A stretch of DNA of 64,000 nt from positions 52,948,001 to 53,012,000 of the forward strand of contig OZ296653.1 of the NCBI GenBank assembly GCA_965655095.1, read 5' to 3'. Below are positions 24,198-36,386 of this stretch, piece after piece. The notes beneath the pieces were generated by a model. That model had not been told where the DNA came from. It did not search any database and worked only from the letters and a program-made list of their open reading frames with translations. The first letter of the stretch is position 1. Each line of letters starts with the position of its first letter. Source of the stretch: Haplodiscus bocki. Its lineage: Eukaryota. The position numbers and the translations under genes were made by a program.

Positions 24198-25000
24198 CTA
24201 TTTTTCAAAATCTTGCTCATATCTTCTATAGTATGAACAGTGGCCTAAAAAACGTTTGACTTCAGTAGCGTTCTTTGGTACCGGATGCTTGTTAACTGTA
24301 GAAATTTTCTCAGGAAAGGCTTGGATGCCTTCACGGCCTACATCGTGGTCCAGAAAGGGTACTGTCTCTCGGAAAAACTCACATTTAGTTGGAAGGATTT
24401 TTAGATTGGCGTCTTTGAACCTTTGAAAAACTTCACAAAGACGCTCTAGGTGTTCTTCGATTGTGCGAGAGAAAATGATGCAATCATCCAAATAAGGAAT
24501 TGTGGACTTCCTAGTTAGGCCTACGAGTACCTTTTCCATGAGACTCTGAAAGTTTTTGGGACTACCGGTGAGGCCCATTGGCATGCGTAGCCACTTAAAT
24601 GATCCAAATGGTGTCCTGAACACTATAATCCTGAATTGCCTCTTCTATGGGGAGTTCATAAAATCCCCAAAATCTGTCAATGGTAGACAAGTAACAACTG
24701 CCTTCCAAAGTTCAAAGGTTTCTTCGATGGATGCTATTGGCCAGCATGACTTGATGGTCTGCTTGTTCAACTGCCGATAGTCAATGACAAGTCTCTGTTT
24801 ACCATTTTTCTTCAGAACTAATATAGCAGGTGCACTGTGAGGCCTATGGCACGGCTCAATGAAGTCATGCTCAAGGAATTTGTCCAATTTTTTCGCGAAG
24901 GTCTGGTTTGAAATGCATTGGCATCCGGCAAGTTTGAAGTTTGACCGGAGTAGAACCTGGATACAGTTGAATTTTATGTTTCACGAGATCAAAGTTTCCC
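24198..25000 (-). pseudogene. pol: pol: reverse transcriptase
   Basis: RLVIDYRQLN, FRTPFGSFKWLRMPMGL, YLDD, KCEFF, EVKRFLG.CSYYRR; frameshifted. Confidence 0.97.
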
Positions 25001-25449
25001 ATGTCCCGTTCATCTTCAGAGATGACATTTGAAAACTTACGGAGTAACTGCGCAAATGTCGCATGGAAACTTTCGTTCAATACTGGCTTAGCTTGGTGGA
25101 TGATGCTTTTTGAGGTCATACATGGTGGTGACTGTGGTGTGCTTCTGTTTTGTTTGAATGACTACAATGTTCTGGGCGAACGTGTCGTCCTGCAGAATGT
25201 TCCTAATGTTGAACCTTTGCAGATCTTTTGATCTTCTCCGGGACTAATGATACTTGCTGGAATGGCATCCTCTTGAAATTCGGAAAGAGTGTTGAAAGCT
25301 AAGACATTTTGTTCGTCGCACAAGGATTGTGAAGTTTTGAAGATTCCTTGTTTTGTCAGTAAGGTGTGATCATCAAGGTCAGATTTACCTAGAATAATCG
25401 CTTCATATGCGGAAAGTATGAAGGATGTTTCTCTGGCAACTAATCTCAT

Positions 25450-25880
25450 GACTGGGTTGTTCTAGGTCTGTACCGTTGCTGTTCGATAAAAAAAAGTTTG
25501 CAGAGGTATCTCGGTTCAAACGTAACATCATTTCAGAAAACATAGGATCACACTTGTGTGTTTCAAAAAACTCAGGACCTAACAAACACTCAATTTTAGA
25601 AGCTTCCAGGACAAGCAAAGTGTGTCGAAAAGTCATTGATTCTATCTCTTCAAGTCAGCTTCAAGTTCACCTTTTACTTTTATCTCGCCTTGATTGGCAG
25701 CTAGGAGTCGTTTAAAACATGTTACCAGAGATGATTGTGTCTTTGGAGGAAGTCAAACAAACATTTTGCGGCTCAAACAAGGAGCAGCTGCGCCTGTGTC
25801 ACAAACGGCATCAAACCGAATTTCACAGACCGTAATTCGTACGAAAACACTTTTGTGATCCACCACTGAATTCAAACATT
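25450..25880 (-). pseudogene. pol: pol: aspartic protease
   Basis: DHKSVFVRITVCEIRFDAVCDTGAAA (DTG at ~25792-25800) and downstream ECLLGPEFF. Confidence 0.85.
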
Positions 25881-25905
25881 CCGTCTATTGGAGGTTTTTT
25901 GAGTT

Positions 25906-25950
25906 ACCTGCGCAGTTGCCTTGTTGATACGTAGGTGCTTTCCGTTTAAA
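25906..25950 (-). promoter_or_regulatory. -1 programmed ribosomal frameshift signal (gag-pol)
   Basis: Slippery heptamer T TTA AAC in the gag frame, 7-nt spacer, then hairpin ACCTACGTA...TGCGCAGGT. The -1 frame is the protease frame. Confidence 0.75.
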
Positions 25951-27031
25951 TTTTGGCGTCGGGCACGGCATTCGTGCCTGAAGTGGCCAATTTTGCCACC
26001 ATTGAAACGTGCTTTGCACACACAGCTGGAATGGTTCGTTCGGCAACAATGTTTGCATTTTCTTCATCGCAATGCTGCGAACTGGAACTTCGGTTTCGTT
26101 AGTTGTTTTTGGAGTTATCTGAGAAGCGAACTTTAGAGCTATTCCTCCGATTGTTGCTGTTTCGAATGGTATTCCGCTCGTTGGGCTGATTAGGTTTGTT
26201 AAAGTTGGAAAAGTTGTTCTTGCGTCTCGGTCCTGGTGAGGGAGACCGACATCGGTTAGTATCTTGACTGTCTGAGTGTTCTCTTTGATTGTTTTGTGAA
26301 GCATTTCTGTCGGCTTCTGCTGGCTTAGCCACAGCGTGTTGAAGTTCTGTGCGTAAACTGCGAACCAACTCAGTAAATGTATCGAGGGGGGTCTCAATGC
26401 TGATATTCTTAACACCTGAAGTTTGTAATTTTAAACCGCTGATTTCAAGAAAAGAATGAGTTTCCACTGCTGCTTGCAGTGCAGCGTCATCATCTGCGGG
26501 TTTCGCTTTGCGAAACTCCCACCGAGCTTTGGAGTTGGACAAACCGGAAAAAAAGTGGTCAGCAGGATTTCATTGCGAATAACCTCGACAGGATAAGCAT
26601 TGCGGGCTAAATCTTGCAACTCTTGAAATAGTTGGGATTTTTCGTCCATGTTGTTGACGGAGAGCTTCAACTTTAGCCTTAAGTACATTTTTATTAGGAG
26701 CATACTGAGTTTGAAAAGCGTGACGAAGGCGATGAATGTTAGTCTGCTGGGATCGAGTCAGCCAGTGATGGCAATTTGAAGCGTCGCAACTGAGGCGGGC
26801 AGAATTGAATTCAGGACACAAAGCACCTGAGGGCTGGTTTTCCCAATCAGGAAGAGAAGTAACGGTATTGAACTGAGAGACAAAGTCTTCAATGTCAGTG
26901 GTGCCATCAAACGGGGCGGGCAAAAGACAAGAGTAATTAGGCGTAACTGTGTCACCAGATGACATACTGGAAGATTGTTGAGAGGCCACGTTTGGGACTT
27001 GATCGTCAGGATCCACACGAAACAGAAACAA
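25951..27031 (-). pseudogene. gag: gag with two CCHC zinc knuckles
   Basis: PAPFDGTTDIEDFVSQF N-terminus; LQDLARNAYP; knuckles CKHCCRTNHSSCVC and degenerate RFNGGKIGHFRHEC; frameshifted. Confidence 0.88.
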
Positions 27032-27486
27032 GAAAGAAAATCAAATAGACGTTCGACACATGGACATGTAATCGAGGATTTCGTTCAAATCATGAGCCTG
27101 ATAAAAACAAGTGAAAGGAATGAAACGTTGATATTCAGTCAAAGAGGAGTAAAGGTAGTTATAGTTGGGGGTATGCGCAGGCACAGTAATCAAATCAGCG
27201 TTTAAATGGTTATATGAGGCAAGGAGAAGTTGAATATCGGAACCATTGGTACGACAGCGGATTTCAGTAACAAGGTCAGGGAATGGACAATTTGGACGGA
27301 TCCACGAAAAAAAAGTGCAACAACAGTAGTTCCAACCATGAAGTAAATAGACTAAGAATCAACGACCCAAAAATGTAGAGAAAGAAGGAACAGTTTAGAA
27401 AAGACAAACAAAGAATGCACAAACAAATGAGAAGAATCAAGAGTCGTTCGATGGATTGTAAGCGAGTCAAAGGAAGAGAAACAGTG

Positions 27487-28099
27487 TCAGGGCGCAAATG
27501 CTAAGCGCCTTTGTAGCTCGGCAGAGGAGTGGTTTGAACTTGATCCGTTGGAGTTTAAGGATCTTGATGCTGCTGAGGCATTTGAAGTGCAAGAAGTAAC
27601 TGTGGAAGAAGAAGAAATGGCAACAGCGACAGTGGTCACGGGCAATGCAGATAATCGTGGTGCTGAGGCAACTGGTTGGGCCGTTAGGAAGTCAGGGTCC
27701 TTAAGCACGTACATTTCTAAGTAAACGAGCCAAAGGTTTCCGAGGAGGTAGACAGTTAGCACGTCGTGGACAGAAGAGTTACTAGTTTCAGTTATATAGG
27801 ACGATGTCGAAGTGCGGGAAAGATGTGACTGGTACTGCTGATTTAGGAGGGCACTGTGAAGAAGTTGGAGTTCACAAGGACCGGGTGACCGTAATTAAGA
27901 ATACAAGAGCATGCAATTTTAGCGCGTGGACGTTGACAAAAATATCAAGGGAAAGCAATGACAAAGGGGCCGGAGCTAGTGTGAACAGTGTGGTAGACGG
28001 ACATACAAAATAGTTAACAAGTTTATGTGTTCTTTGGTAGCGAACTGACGAAAAAGGTTGAATATTACGGCAGCACTCGATGTGACAAACGGACGGCAA
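27487..28099 (-). pseudogene. Possible extra ORF (ORF0) upstream of gag
   Basis: About 130 open codons (LRSPGPCELQ...VLTVYLLGNLWLVYLEMYVLKDPDF, then a Ser/Thr-rich tail) preceded by frameshifted Cys/His-containing segments. Confidence 0.4.
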
Positions 28100-28244
28100 G
28101 AAAAGAACGTAGCAAAAAGGAAGGCGACAGAAAAACTTTGCGGAACGACGAGAGCGAAATCGGGGCGTCGTGCAAGGCGAAAATCTTAATGGTGGGGGTA
28201 GTATGGCCCTGCGGCTATTCCTTCACCTATCATTCTCAGTGTTC

Positions 28245-28262
28245 CACACTGGAGGGACGCCT
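28245..28262 (-). other. Candidate degenerate primer-binding site
   Basis: AGGCGTCCCT on the - strand, one mismatch from TGGCGTCCCT (complement of a vertebrate-type tRNA-Asn 3' end), at the 5' edge of the internal region. Confidence 0.3.
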
Positions 28263-28964
28263 AAATTAGTCTAGTTGGTCACCCATACGGAAGAAACTCA
28301 CTGGATTGAAGTGCTAGATCAAATAAAAGCAGGTACTTATCAAACGTGTTGATGGACAAACAATATTCTTCTCAGTGAAATTTCAGGCGATGATCAACTG
28401 ATTGAAAAAGTACTTTGTCGTGGGAACCATACTCCAAGAATAAAAATTGAAAAAAACAAACGCAAGAATTGACGCGGGTTAGCAAAAAAGGGCTGGAAGC
28501 GCAAAAAGAAAAACAAAAGGTAGTTTGATAAGCGAACTTGATATCAAAATGATATCAATTTAAACGCCAAATATCGAAAAAATGGAAGAAAAATTTGAAA
28601 TTGTCAAAAAAATTGAAAAAATGCAGCGCTGATGATGTTTAGGAAAAGAAGGCAAAAACCAAAACACAACAGGGCAGAAAAATATGCTAGAGCCGAGAGG
28701 AAAGCTTTAAAGGATGCCTGTGGGTGACATTTAAAATGCTAAAAAATGCCTGTCACCATTTGTTATAGCGACCCTGCTTTGGGTGCTATGATTGTTGTGA
28801 GCTTTTTTATCTCAGGAATGAAAATCTGTGCGCACTTTGTACTGAAAAAATTTTAAAAAATATGTTAGTTATTACGGGGTTAACACGTTTATAAGTAAGT
28901 TGAAATATTTTCAAACAAACAGTGAAAATTATAGAACTTTAACATTTTTCTTCTTTTCGTGATG

Positions 28965-29030
28965 TAGAGAAAGAGGGGAGAGAGAGATAGATAGAGGCGG
29001 AGAGAGAGAGAGAGAGAGAGGGAGAAGAGA
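28965..29030. repeat. (GA)n microsatellite
   Basis: Directly visible imperfect GA run. Confidence 0.9.
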
Positions 29031-29281
29031 AATTTCAGATTTTTTTATTTAAGATGAGAAAAGTTTAATTTTGATACACGGATGAGCTGCTGTTTACTGC
29101 AAGAAAAGATTGTTAAGATTGTTAATAGAGGCGACGGAGAATTGCGTGATGGGAAAACAAATCGCGAGATGGCGGCTGATACGAAAATGTCTACTTCACT
29201 AATCGTAGCTATAACGAGTGATGACTGATATACTTCATCACTCATTTTCTACAACGAACAGATACGAGGAACGAAATATTA

Positions 29282-29433
29282 ACGAATTACTCTGACTATG
29301 ATAACGAGAGGTTGACTAATACTGGCCTAGAGAGCCTGGAGAAAGTGAAGTAAAAGTTGAGTACAAATTTTACTAAGGTCACGTACTAAAAGCAATATTA
29401 TTTAAATCAGTTATAGTTTTGTGGGTATTTATA
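29282..29433 (-). repeat. 5' LTR (part shared with the 3' LTR)
   Basis: acgaattactctgactatgataa...ctggcctagagagcctggagaaagtgaagtaaaa...gttatagttttgtgggt matches 17121-17270. Confidence 0.75.
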
Positions 29434-30131
29434 TTTCCTTCAATTGCAATTGTGATTGAAAACTCTTGGATCGTCTGTTTTACCTCAAAAGGATAACAAT
29501 AACTCTAGGCGCGTTTGCAGGCAAGAATTAACTCCGTCAAAAGCGGATTTCAGATGTTTTATGGTTTTGACGTCAGCAAACCTGGAACAGACCCATAATA
29601 AGAGTTTTCGAGACCAATTGTTTTGACAAGTTCTTTTACAAATGAACCAAACAGATTCCATAGGAAAATCCAAATTTTCCGCTTCATTTTGTTGGAGCAA
29701 AATGGATACAATTCAAAGCCCAGGTTTCAAAACAGACAGTTTTGAAACTATCGAGTCCGTGTCAGCAGAAGACAAGTGAACAGCTTTCCAAGTGAAAAGC
29801 TTCAAGAAAACCCTCCCTATTACTCTGCATAGTTAGCTAATATATTACTTTATCCTGCTCAGACAACGACTGAATCCGTTGAAAACTGAGGCAAAAATAC
29901 GGCTGTGGAATCGCTGAAATTGAGAAAAAAAGTTTTAGAGAAAATGACTTTTTCCAGTTTATCTATCATGAAACTTCCGATCAAAAAATGGAATGCCGAT
30001 ACAAGTTCCTATCCGGTACAAGCTCCTACTTTTAATGTCAGTTTTCTCAGAGCGATCATGAAATCGGTTCAGCACTCAGGCTAAAACTATCCAATTTGAG
30101 GAAAAGTATGTAAAATTCTCAGGAATGTAAC

Positions 30132-33100
30132 TTCCAACTCGATTAAACCGTGGTACCACTGTCCACGAGACGGGGGATAGGCCGAGATCCACAAAAAAAT
30201 TTATAACTCCAAAATTAATCAAAGGGAGATTCAACTTCGCAGGCATTGGGGTTCTTCTGCAAAGTATATGCCTGACTCTGTAATTTCTACCGTTCAACTG
30301 AGAGGGGTGTCTCGTAGTTCTTGACTGTTTTAGGAAATCGAAAAAATGTTTTGTCTCCTGAAGACTTGAATTAACTTAGTCAATCCTCACAAACAAATTT
30401 TCTGAGATAATAAATACAATAATACTAGGATAAAAATTGATAATAGAATGATAACGAGAGACAATATCACTGGTTCGCTTTTGCACATCAATTTATTATC
30501 GATTACATACTTCAATAATTATGCAGATACAATAAACAAATTCTAGCATCAATTTAATTTGGAGACAATTTACTACTACAACCTTCCGTTGATAGTCATT
30601 AAACTTCTCCTGTCTACCGGAATTGGATCGAACACCAAAACCACAACTCGACAAATAATCAAACGGGTAACCTAATCTCTCTAGACTTTCGAACTAAGAA
30701 CTAATCGATTTCAACAGTCCCGGACTGTTCACAATATCTCTCAAAATAACGATTTCCCAACTTCAGTCCTCGACTAAGTTGAAGAAGACAACAAACAGCT
30801 TTAAGCAAAGTAGCAACTGCCCGGCAACTCAACTCGCTTTCTTTTGGCCCGTCAAATCGTAATCGTAACTGTTCTGATCCCAGATCAAAATAACGTTTCC
30901 GTAAAAAATCCAAGGAAATCCATAACTTCAGTCCCAGACTAAATTACGGTCGCTCGAATAAATACGACGGCTTCAAGCAAAGAAGCAACTGTCCCACAGT
31001 TCGACTTCTTTCTTTTGGCAGTGCTTAGGGACGCTCGTTTCGCTCATGGCTTTCTTGGTTTCGTATTTTTACCGCTAGGGCTATTTTCGGCTTTGTCATT
31101 ATTCATCCGGTTAATCGTGTCGAAAAATTTATAAAATGACTTATCAATTTTCGTTGGGTATTTCGTTTGTTTCACTTCGGTTCGGTAACCATCAATTTTG
31201 GTACTACTCGGTGTTCATTTTTTAGCTTACATCAGTTATGATTAATCGATTTTGGTCGTATCCACTGGCAAAACGGGGGTGTTAAAAATGATTGAGAAAA
31301 ATCCTCTTCGTTTCCATTCGTTTATGTCACTATTCTGATTGACAAGTTCTTTCGGTTGATGTGTCAGCTCTTCTATTGGTCGCGCGTGACCAATTACTTC
31401 CAAAATAGCTGGTTACATTATCTTCCCTAACCATTCCCATCATAATATCCGTGTAAAAAAAATATCCAAAAAAAGGTGTAAATTTTGTCCAAAGTTCAAT
31501 AGTTATTTGTGTCTATCATAGACGTCGTAAAAATAAAATGAGCACATCATTACACGAAATTTTCAATGTTGTTTCTGGCAGTGTATACTGTGTCATAGTT
31601 ATTTCCAATATTCATGGTCGAAAAATGCGATTTTCTGAAAGTAGTCAAAATTCCATATCCGAAAAATCAAATTTTGGTCACTTTGAGGTCATTTTTCTCA
31701 ACGTTGACGTTTTTTTCCAGTGAGGGGGTTACTTCGTGTTAGCACTTTCCCAGAAAGTGTTTTAACGAAAAGATGAGCTCTCTAGCTGGTCTCAAAAAGA
31801 AGTTTTTTACTTTTCCGCAAAAGTACCGATTTTGGCCATTTTTGACTACCTGGGTCCAGTTTCAAAGTCGATTTTCTCAACGTACAGGCAAAATTTCAAA
31901 AAATCCTTAGTCGCTTTCCTCGGTGAGGTTGTTAGGAACATTGTGTTAAATGAAACTTTCTATCTTGAAGAAGGTGCGGGGGTGGGCGCTAGCCGTTTTT
32001 GCAAGTCGACATTTTCCAAAAACCGTGATTTTGGTTAGCTGCAATTTTGTGGGGCGGCCATTTGTAGCTCGCTATGCTTGTTCTATTGTTATTTTCCTTT
32101 TTTCTCAAAAATAAGCTTTCAACCGCTAGTAAAATGATTGCTTTCTATTGGCTATTTGTTAACTAATAAGCGAAAAACTGCGATTTGTGACGTTTTTAGG
32201 CTGTTTTGGGCTTTTTTGGCAATTTCTTCCTCAGTTCTCCAAAATGACTGAATATAATATATTCACCTTTTCAGGGACCTTAGTCCATTCAATTATCTTC
32301 CGCTTAAGACTAATACAAGCCTTTTTTGATGCGTGCTTCGCTCAGAATAAATTTTTAACTGAACTCAATTTGGCAATTTCGGCAGTGCACTTTTCGTTTG
32401 CTACAATTTTTCAATATCTTAATTTCGTCCGATTCCGCTCATATCCCAAACTTAAGTTTTCCTATGGCTGTAATTTACAATGGTGAAAACCGTTTGTGGA
32501 TATCTTTTTTCATCTTCGAGAAATAAGCAAGCAAACCTTGGGGAACATTAAAAAAACAGGTCTAATTTTGAGCAGCGAGAGCGTAAATATGCTAGTACGT
32601 GGGGTGGTGGCGGCCGTGCGCGTGGTCCGAAATCACTCCAAAAGTAATCCTATTGTATTCTTTTTGTATTTATAACAATTTGATTTCACTCCGTTTTCAC
32701 TTTTTTGCGCTTCTAAAGTTGCAACTGAACTGTGAATTCACAATTGTACCATTTGCCGGACCGTAATAATTTTCGTTTTAATCTTTCGACAACTTTTAGT
32801 ATTCAAAATGCGGTGAAAATCACCCGACTTGTTTGTCTTGGAATTTAATTTTTAATGGTGAAACCCGTTTTGCTCTATCTATAATAGTCTTTGAGAAAAT
32901 GGACGTCAAAGTTAGGGTTCGAATTAGACAAAATATTAAATTTTATGCTGCTGTTGCTTTGCTATGTTAATACACGTGACAAGGTTGTTTAAAAACAACT
33001 TATACTTGTTCCGCGGCTTGTTCACATTCCAACGTAGTGCTTATTCCGTTCAATATTCACTTTTCACGTATCATTCTTACTGCTAAATTTCACTCAATTC

Positions 33101-33150
33101 ACGTGCACTGACACAGCAAATTTCAATATTGCAAAAATGGCAAATATGAT
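30132..33150 (+). repeat. ~3 kb dispersed repeat, copy B
   Basis: Diverged direct paralogue of 7670-10505, with an internal duplication of the aacttcagtcc block (~30700-30990). Confidence 0.9.
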
Positions 33151-33249
33151 TGACTTATATCCTAATTTCCGACCAGCAACCTTTTTTCAGCTATTAAATA
33201 CGTAACTTTAAATCGCAAATGAAAGTTGCATAATATAGATCAAGTTTAA

Positions 33250-35860
33250 AATAGTATTAAAACAAAAAAATGTGTACTACAAATCCCACAAAGTACCATT
33301 TTTCGTCTTTTCCAAGATGAAAGGCAAGCGAAAGCTTTTGGTCACTTATGTAGCTCAAGACTTAAAGCTGTGTATCTCGTTCAATCTTAGAGTGAATGTG
33401 GGTCGATATGACACCGAGTTCACACAATTTAACATTGTAGAGAGCAGATTTGAAGCAATTTTCAGACAAAAAACTGTTTTTTTTTCTGCATGAAACTCCC
33501 GATAAGATTAAATAGGACGCCAGATTTACACACTTTGAAACTCAAACTTTCTTTTTGTTTTATGCGAGCAAATTTAAGATAAGATGAAAGCTTAGGTTCC
33601 AAGATGTGACCTTTCCACACTAGTGAGTCCCCGATGAAAGTAACTCCTTCTCTCGTTTTTCGACGGAAAGAGTAATCATTACATATTACATTGTCTATGA
33701 TAGCCAATAATGCTTAAAATTGAATTTTGAAGAATGCTCAGACTATAAAACAGTCCATTGAACATGGAAATAATTTACGGTTGTCAAAAAAAGCAAGATT
33801 GATGCAAATGTCTTTATAACAATGCATTTTGTAATGTTTTCTCGAGAACTTCTCATGAAAATGTCTATCATAAAAATCCAGGACTTGCAAAATATTCAAA
33901 GATGAATTTAACGAATCAGCAGGAAATTTTTGGCAACTATTCCCTCGAAAAGTTATAAGGTTAAGACGCCGAAAAAATTTCGGGCACTATGGAAAAAATT
34001 TGTTAGGTTTGAATGTTAAATTTATTGCCCTAAAGATTGAATGAAATAGCTTGTTCAATCACGCATGTGGATGTACGGAAATTGCCGCATATTTGTTCAC
34101 ATGTAAAGTGGGATGAACACACGTACGGCAGAGATGACCAGCTTTGCTCTTTAGTGTAAGCAATTGGCATGAGAGTGGAAGAAATGGAAACAAATGATAT
34201 GAATTTTTTCCTTATGAATCAAGTTAGGCAAGATAACAAATTGTCCCAAGATTATTTTGTAGTCTCAGTGACTCTCTTAGCAACAATTGCATGTCGTAGT
34301 CTTCTTTCTGAGCGTTGCTTTGATTTTGATGTCGACTCTGCCTAGCAACAGAGCCTTGTGACAAGGAGTTGAGCTTCAATTAGGCGTACTAGTCATATTT
34401 TGAAGTGACAGTTTAACGCAGCAACCCTCACTAGTCTAGTCAGTGAAAGTAACCTTTAAATCTGTTGCCCAATGAGAATTGAGTAAATTGGTACATTAAA
34501 AAGTAGCCAGCTTTTTTCATTGTTGCTTCTTCATTTTTCAAACGCAGTTTGGATTCACTACCAATCATCAAACTAAACAACATGCGCAAACATGATATAT
34601 AAGGTTTAAAAAAAACATCATTAAACTGCCGTTTTGTCTTCAAAGAGGGAAAAATCCTCTTCAAGTTCTTTGACATGAGCTTCCATGTACACTTGTCAAC
34701 CACGACGCCTTCGACATAAACCTTGAAGAGTTATGTATTTCCATTATAATTCTTGCAAATCCAATCAAGTTGCTTAGAAATGCATACATTTTCTGAGGAT
34801 GCGCTCCATAATTTTTGAAGCAATTTCTGCGAAACAACCCAAACATTCGCTGTAGAAATTGGATACAAATGGTAACATTGTTATGCAACTTCTCCTTTTG
34901 AAATACTTGGAAGGCTACATTGTGAGGAGCAAATGTTTCAATAATAAACAATGTAAAAAAGATCAGCGTGGAGACATTTTTGATCGAGTGATGGTCCAGT
35001 CAGTTTTGGTGCAGTCAGAAAATCATTGCTCAGTCCTGTTTCAGCCTGTTGGCGTTATGCTTATACCCTCAGAGTGACAGAGGGCAACTATGCTCAACTC
35101 AAAACACAGCAATAGCCTCCTAATTGTCTTCCAAAATTGTCGTCCAGTTATTTAAACTGTTGCACAAACCAAAACAAACATTCTACACAGAATCAATATT
35201 TGTGTTTGTGAGCTGTATGCAATTGTGTAAAATGTTTTACCAGGAGTGCTTCGAAGTGACCTGATACGTCGATTCAAAAGAAAGGGTACTTGTCGGAACG
35301 TTGACTCCACGATTTCCAAGTCAAACGCGTAAAACTTTTTCCGCTTAGTACTCAGCGCCCCGTTATGGCCTCTAAGTGAATATAAATATAATTCGTCACG
35401 TGACCACTTTAGCACCTGTTGATTGGCGTTGAATTTTACTACTTTCTTATACTGCACAATCGCATTATCTGTCAACTTTCTGCATGAAAAGCACCAAAAA
35501 TAAAACTTGAGTTCTAAAGTTCATTTTACTCTGTCTCAAAATGTTGACATTACTAAAAGTTTTCATGTATAATTTTCATCCTAATTATTTGATTGTGTTT
35601 TCTTCTCTACACGTTCATCAAGCTCATCTGTTTTCGTCACGTTAATTGGTGGTTGTTTTTCTCAATTGTCCGACGTTTATTCAATTCGTCCACCTGAGTG
35701 AATCGGTACGCGCATTGCTGAGATGTGAAATTAGTGTTCAACCCAAGTGTTCCGTTCATATCCACTCGTCCGTCCAATTGAGTGAATGGGAACGAGTACG
35801 TTAGAGTGTTCATTCTTCTGCCAAATGCCTTGCTACATTCAACTGAACACTTGTCCAAAT
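33250..35860 (-). pseudogene. Possible very old Polinton/Maverick-type DNA polymerase B remnant
   Basis: Weak motifs in the expected order: QFLQRMFGLFRRNCF..HP, VVDKCTWK, YHLFPFLP...GHLCRTC, VTFIGDSLV. A degenerate C2H2-like KCSVECSKAFGRR lies upstream. Confidence 0.3.
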
Positions 35861-36386
35861 CGGTACGTGGATTTTTTGAAAGTAAATTTTGTTCATATTT
35901 TCGTCCTGTATTTGCTTAAGCACTTGTTGTGATTGGTACAAGGTATTGTGTAAATCAATTTTTGTGACCGTTCGCCTTGATTACCTTCGTGTATGGTCTT
36001 GTCTCACCGTTTGGTTTTTTTTTGGTTGGATAGATTTGGCTCAATCAACTAATGTATCGACTCACATCAATTTCGATATTCATATTATGTAACTGCCTTC
36101 GTTAGTTGAGGGAGGAATTAAAAGGAGACATTGGCTTTTATATCCAATCATATAGTGTGCTACAATAAATTTTCATCTCTTCAGTTATAGTTGACAAATC
36201 AAGAGCTTTATAATAGGACATAAGCTATTTGCATATTAATATGTGTAGTTGTTTTTCTCTCAAGCGAGCATGACAGTACTTTCAACCTTTCAGATGAGAT
36301 TATTGTATGTTAGCGTTTTCATCCCAAAAGTTATTGAATTTGTTGCCTATCAGGATATACAAACAGTTTAGTTTATTTCATTGATT

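Larger units (their letters stand above)
17121..29433 (-). mobile_element. Decayed env-bearing Ty3/Gypsy LTR retrotransposon with accessory ORFs
   Basis: Order on the - strand: LTR, ORF0, gag, PR, RT, RNase H, macrodomain, IN, env-like, J-domain ORF, PPT, LTR. Flanked by a ~150-bp direct repeat. Many stops and frameshifts. Confidence 0.92.

Noticed and set aside
17255-28269. Numerous + strand ORFs over the retroelement
   Set aside because: They are antisense shadows of - strand gag, pol, env and accessory frames with no motifs of their own.
28275-28292. tggtcacccatacgg as a primer-binding site
   Set aside because: It is on the + strand, opposite to the element, and matches no tRNA end I recognise.
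33272-33493. ORF as a missing pLGIC extracellular exon
   Set aside because: No convincing pLGIC motifs (IDT, WxP, FPxD) or suitable donor site.
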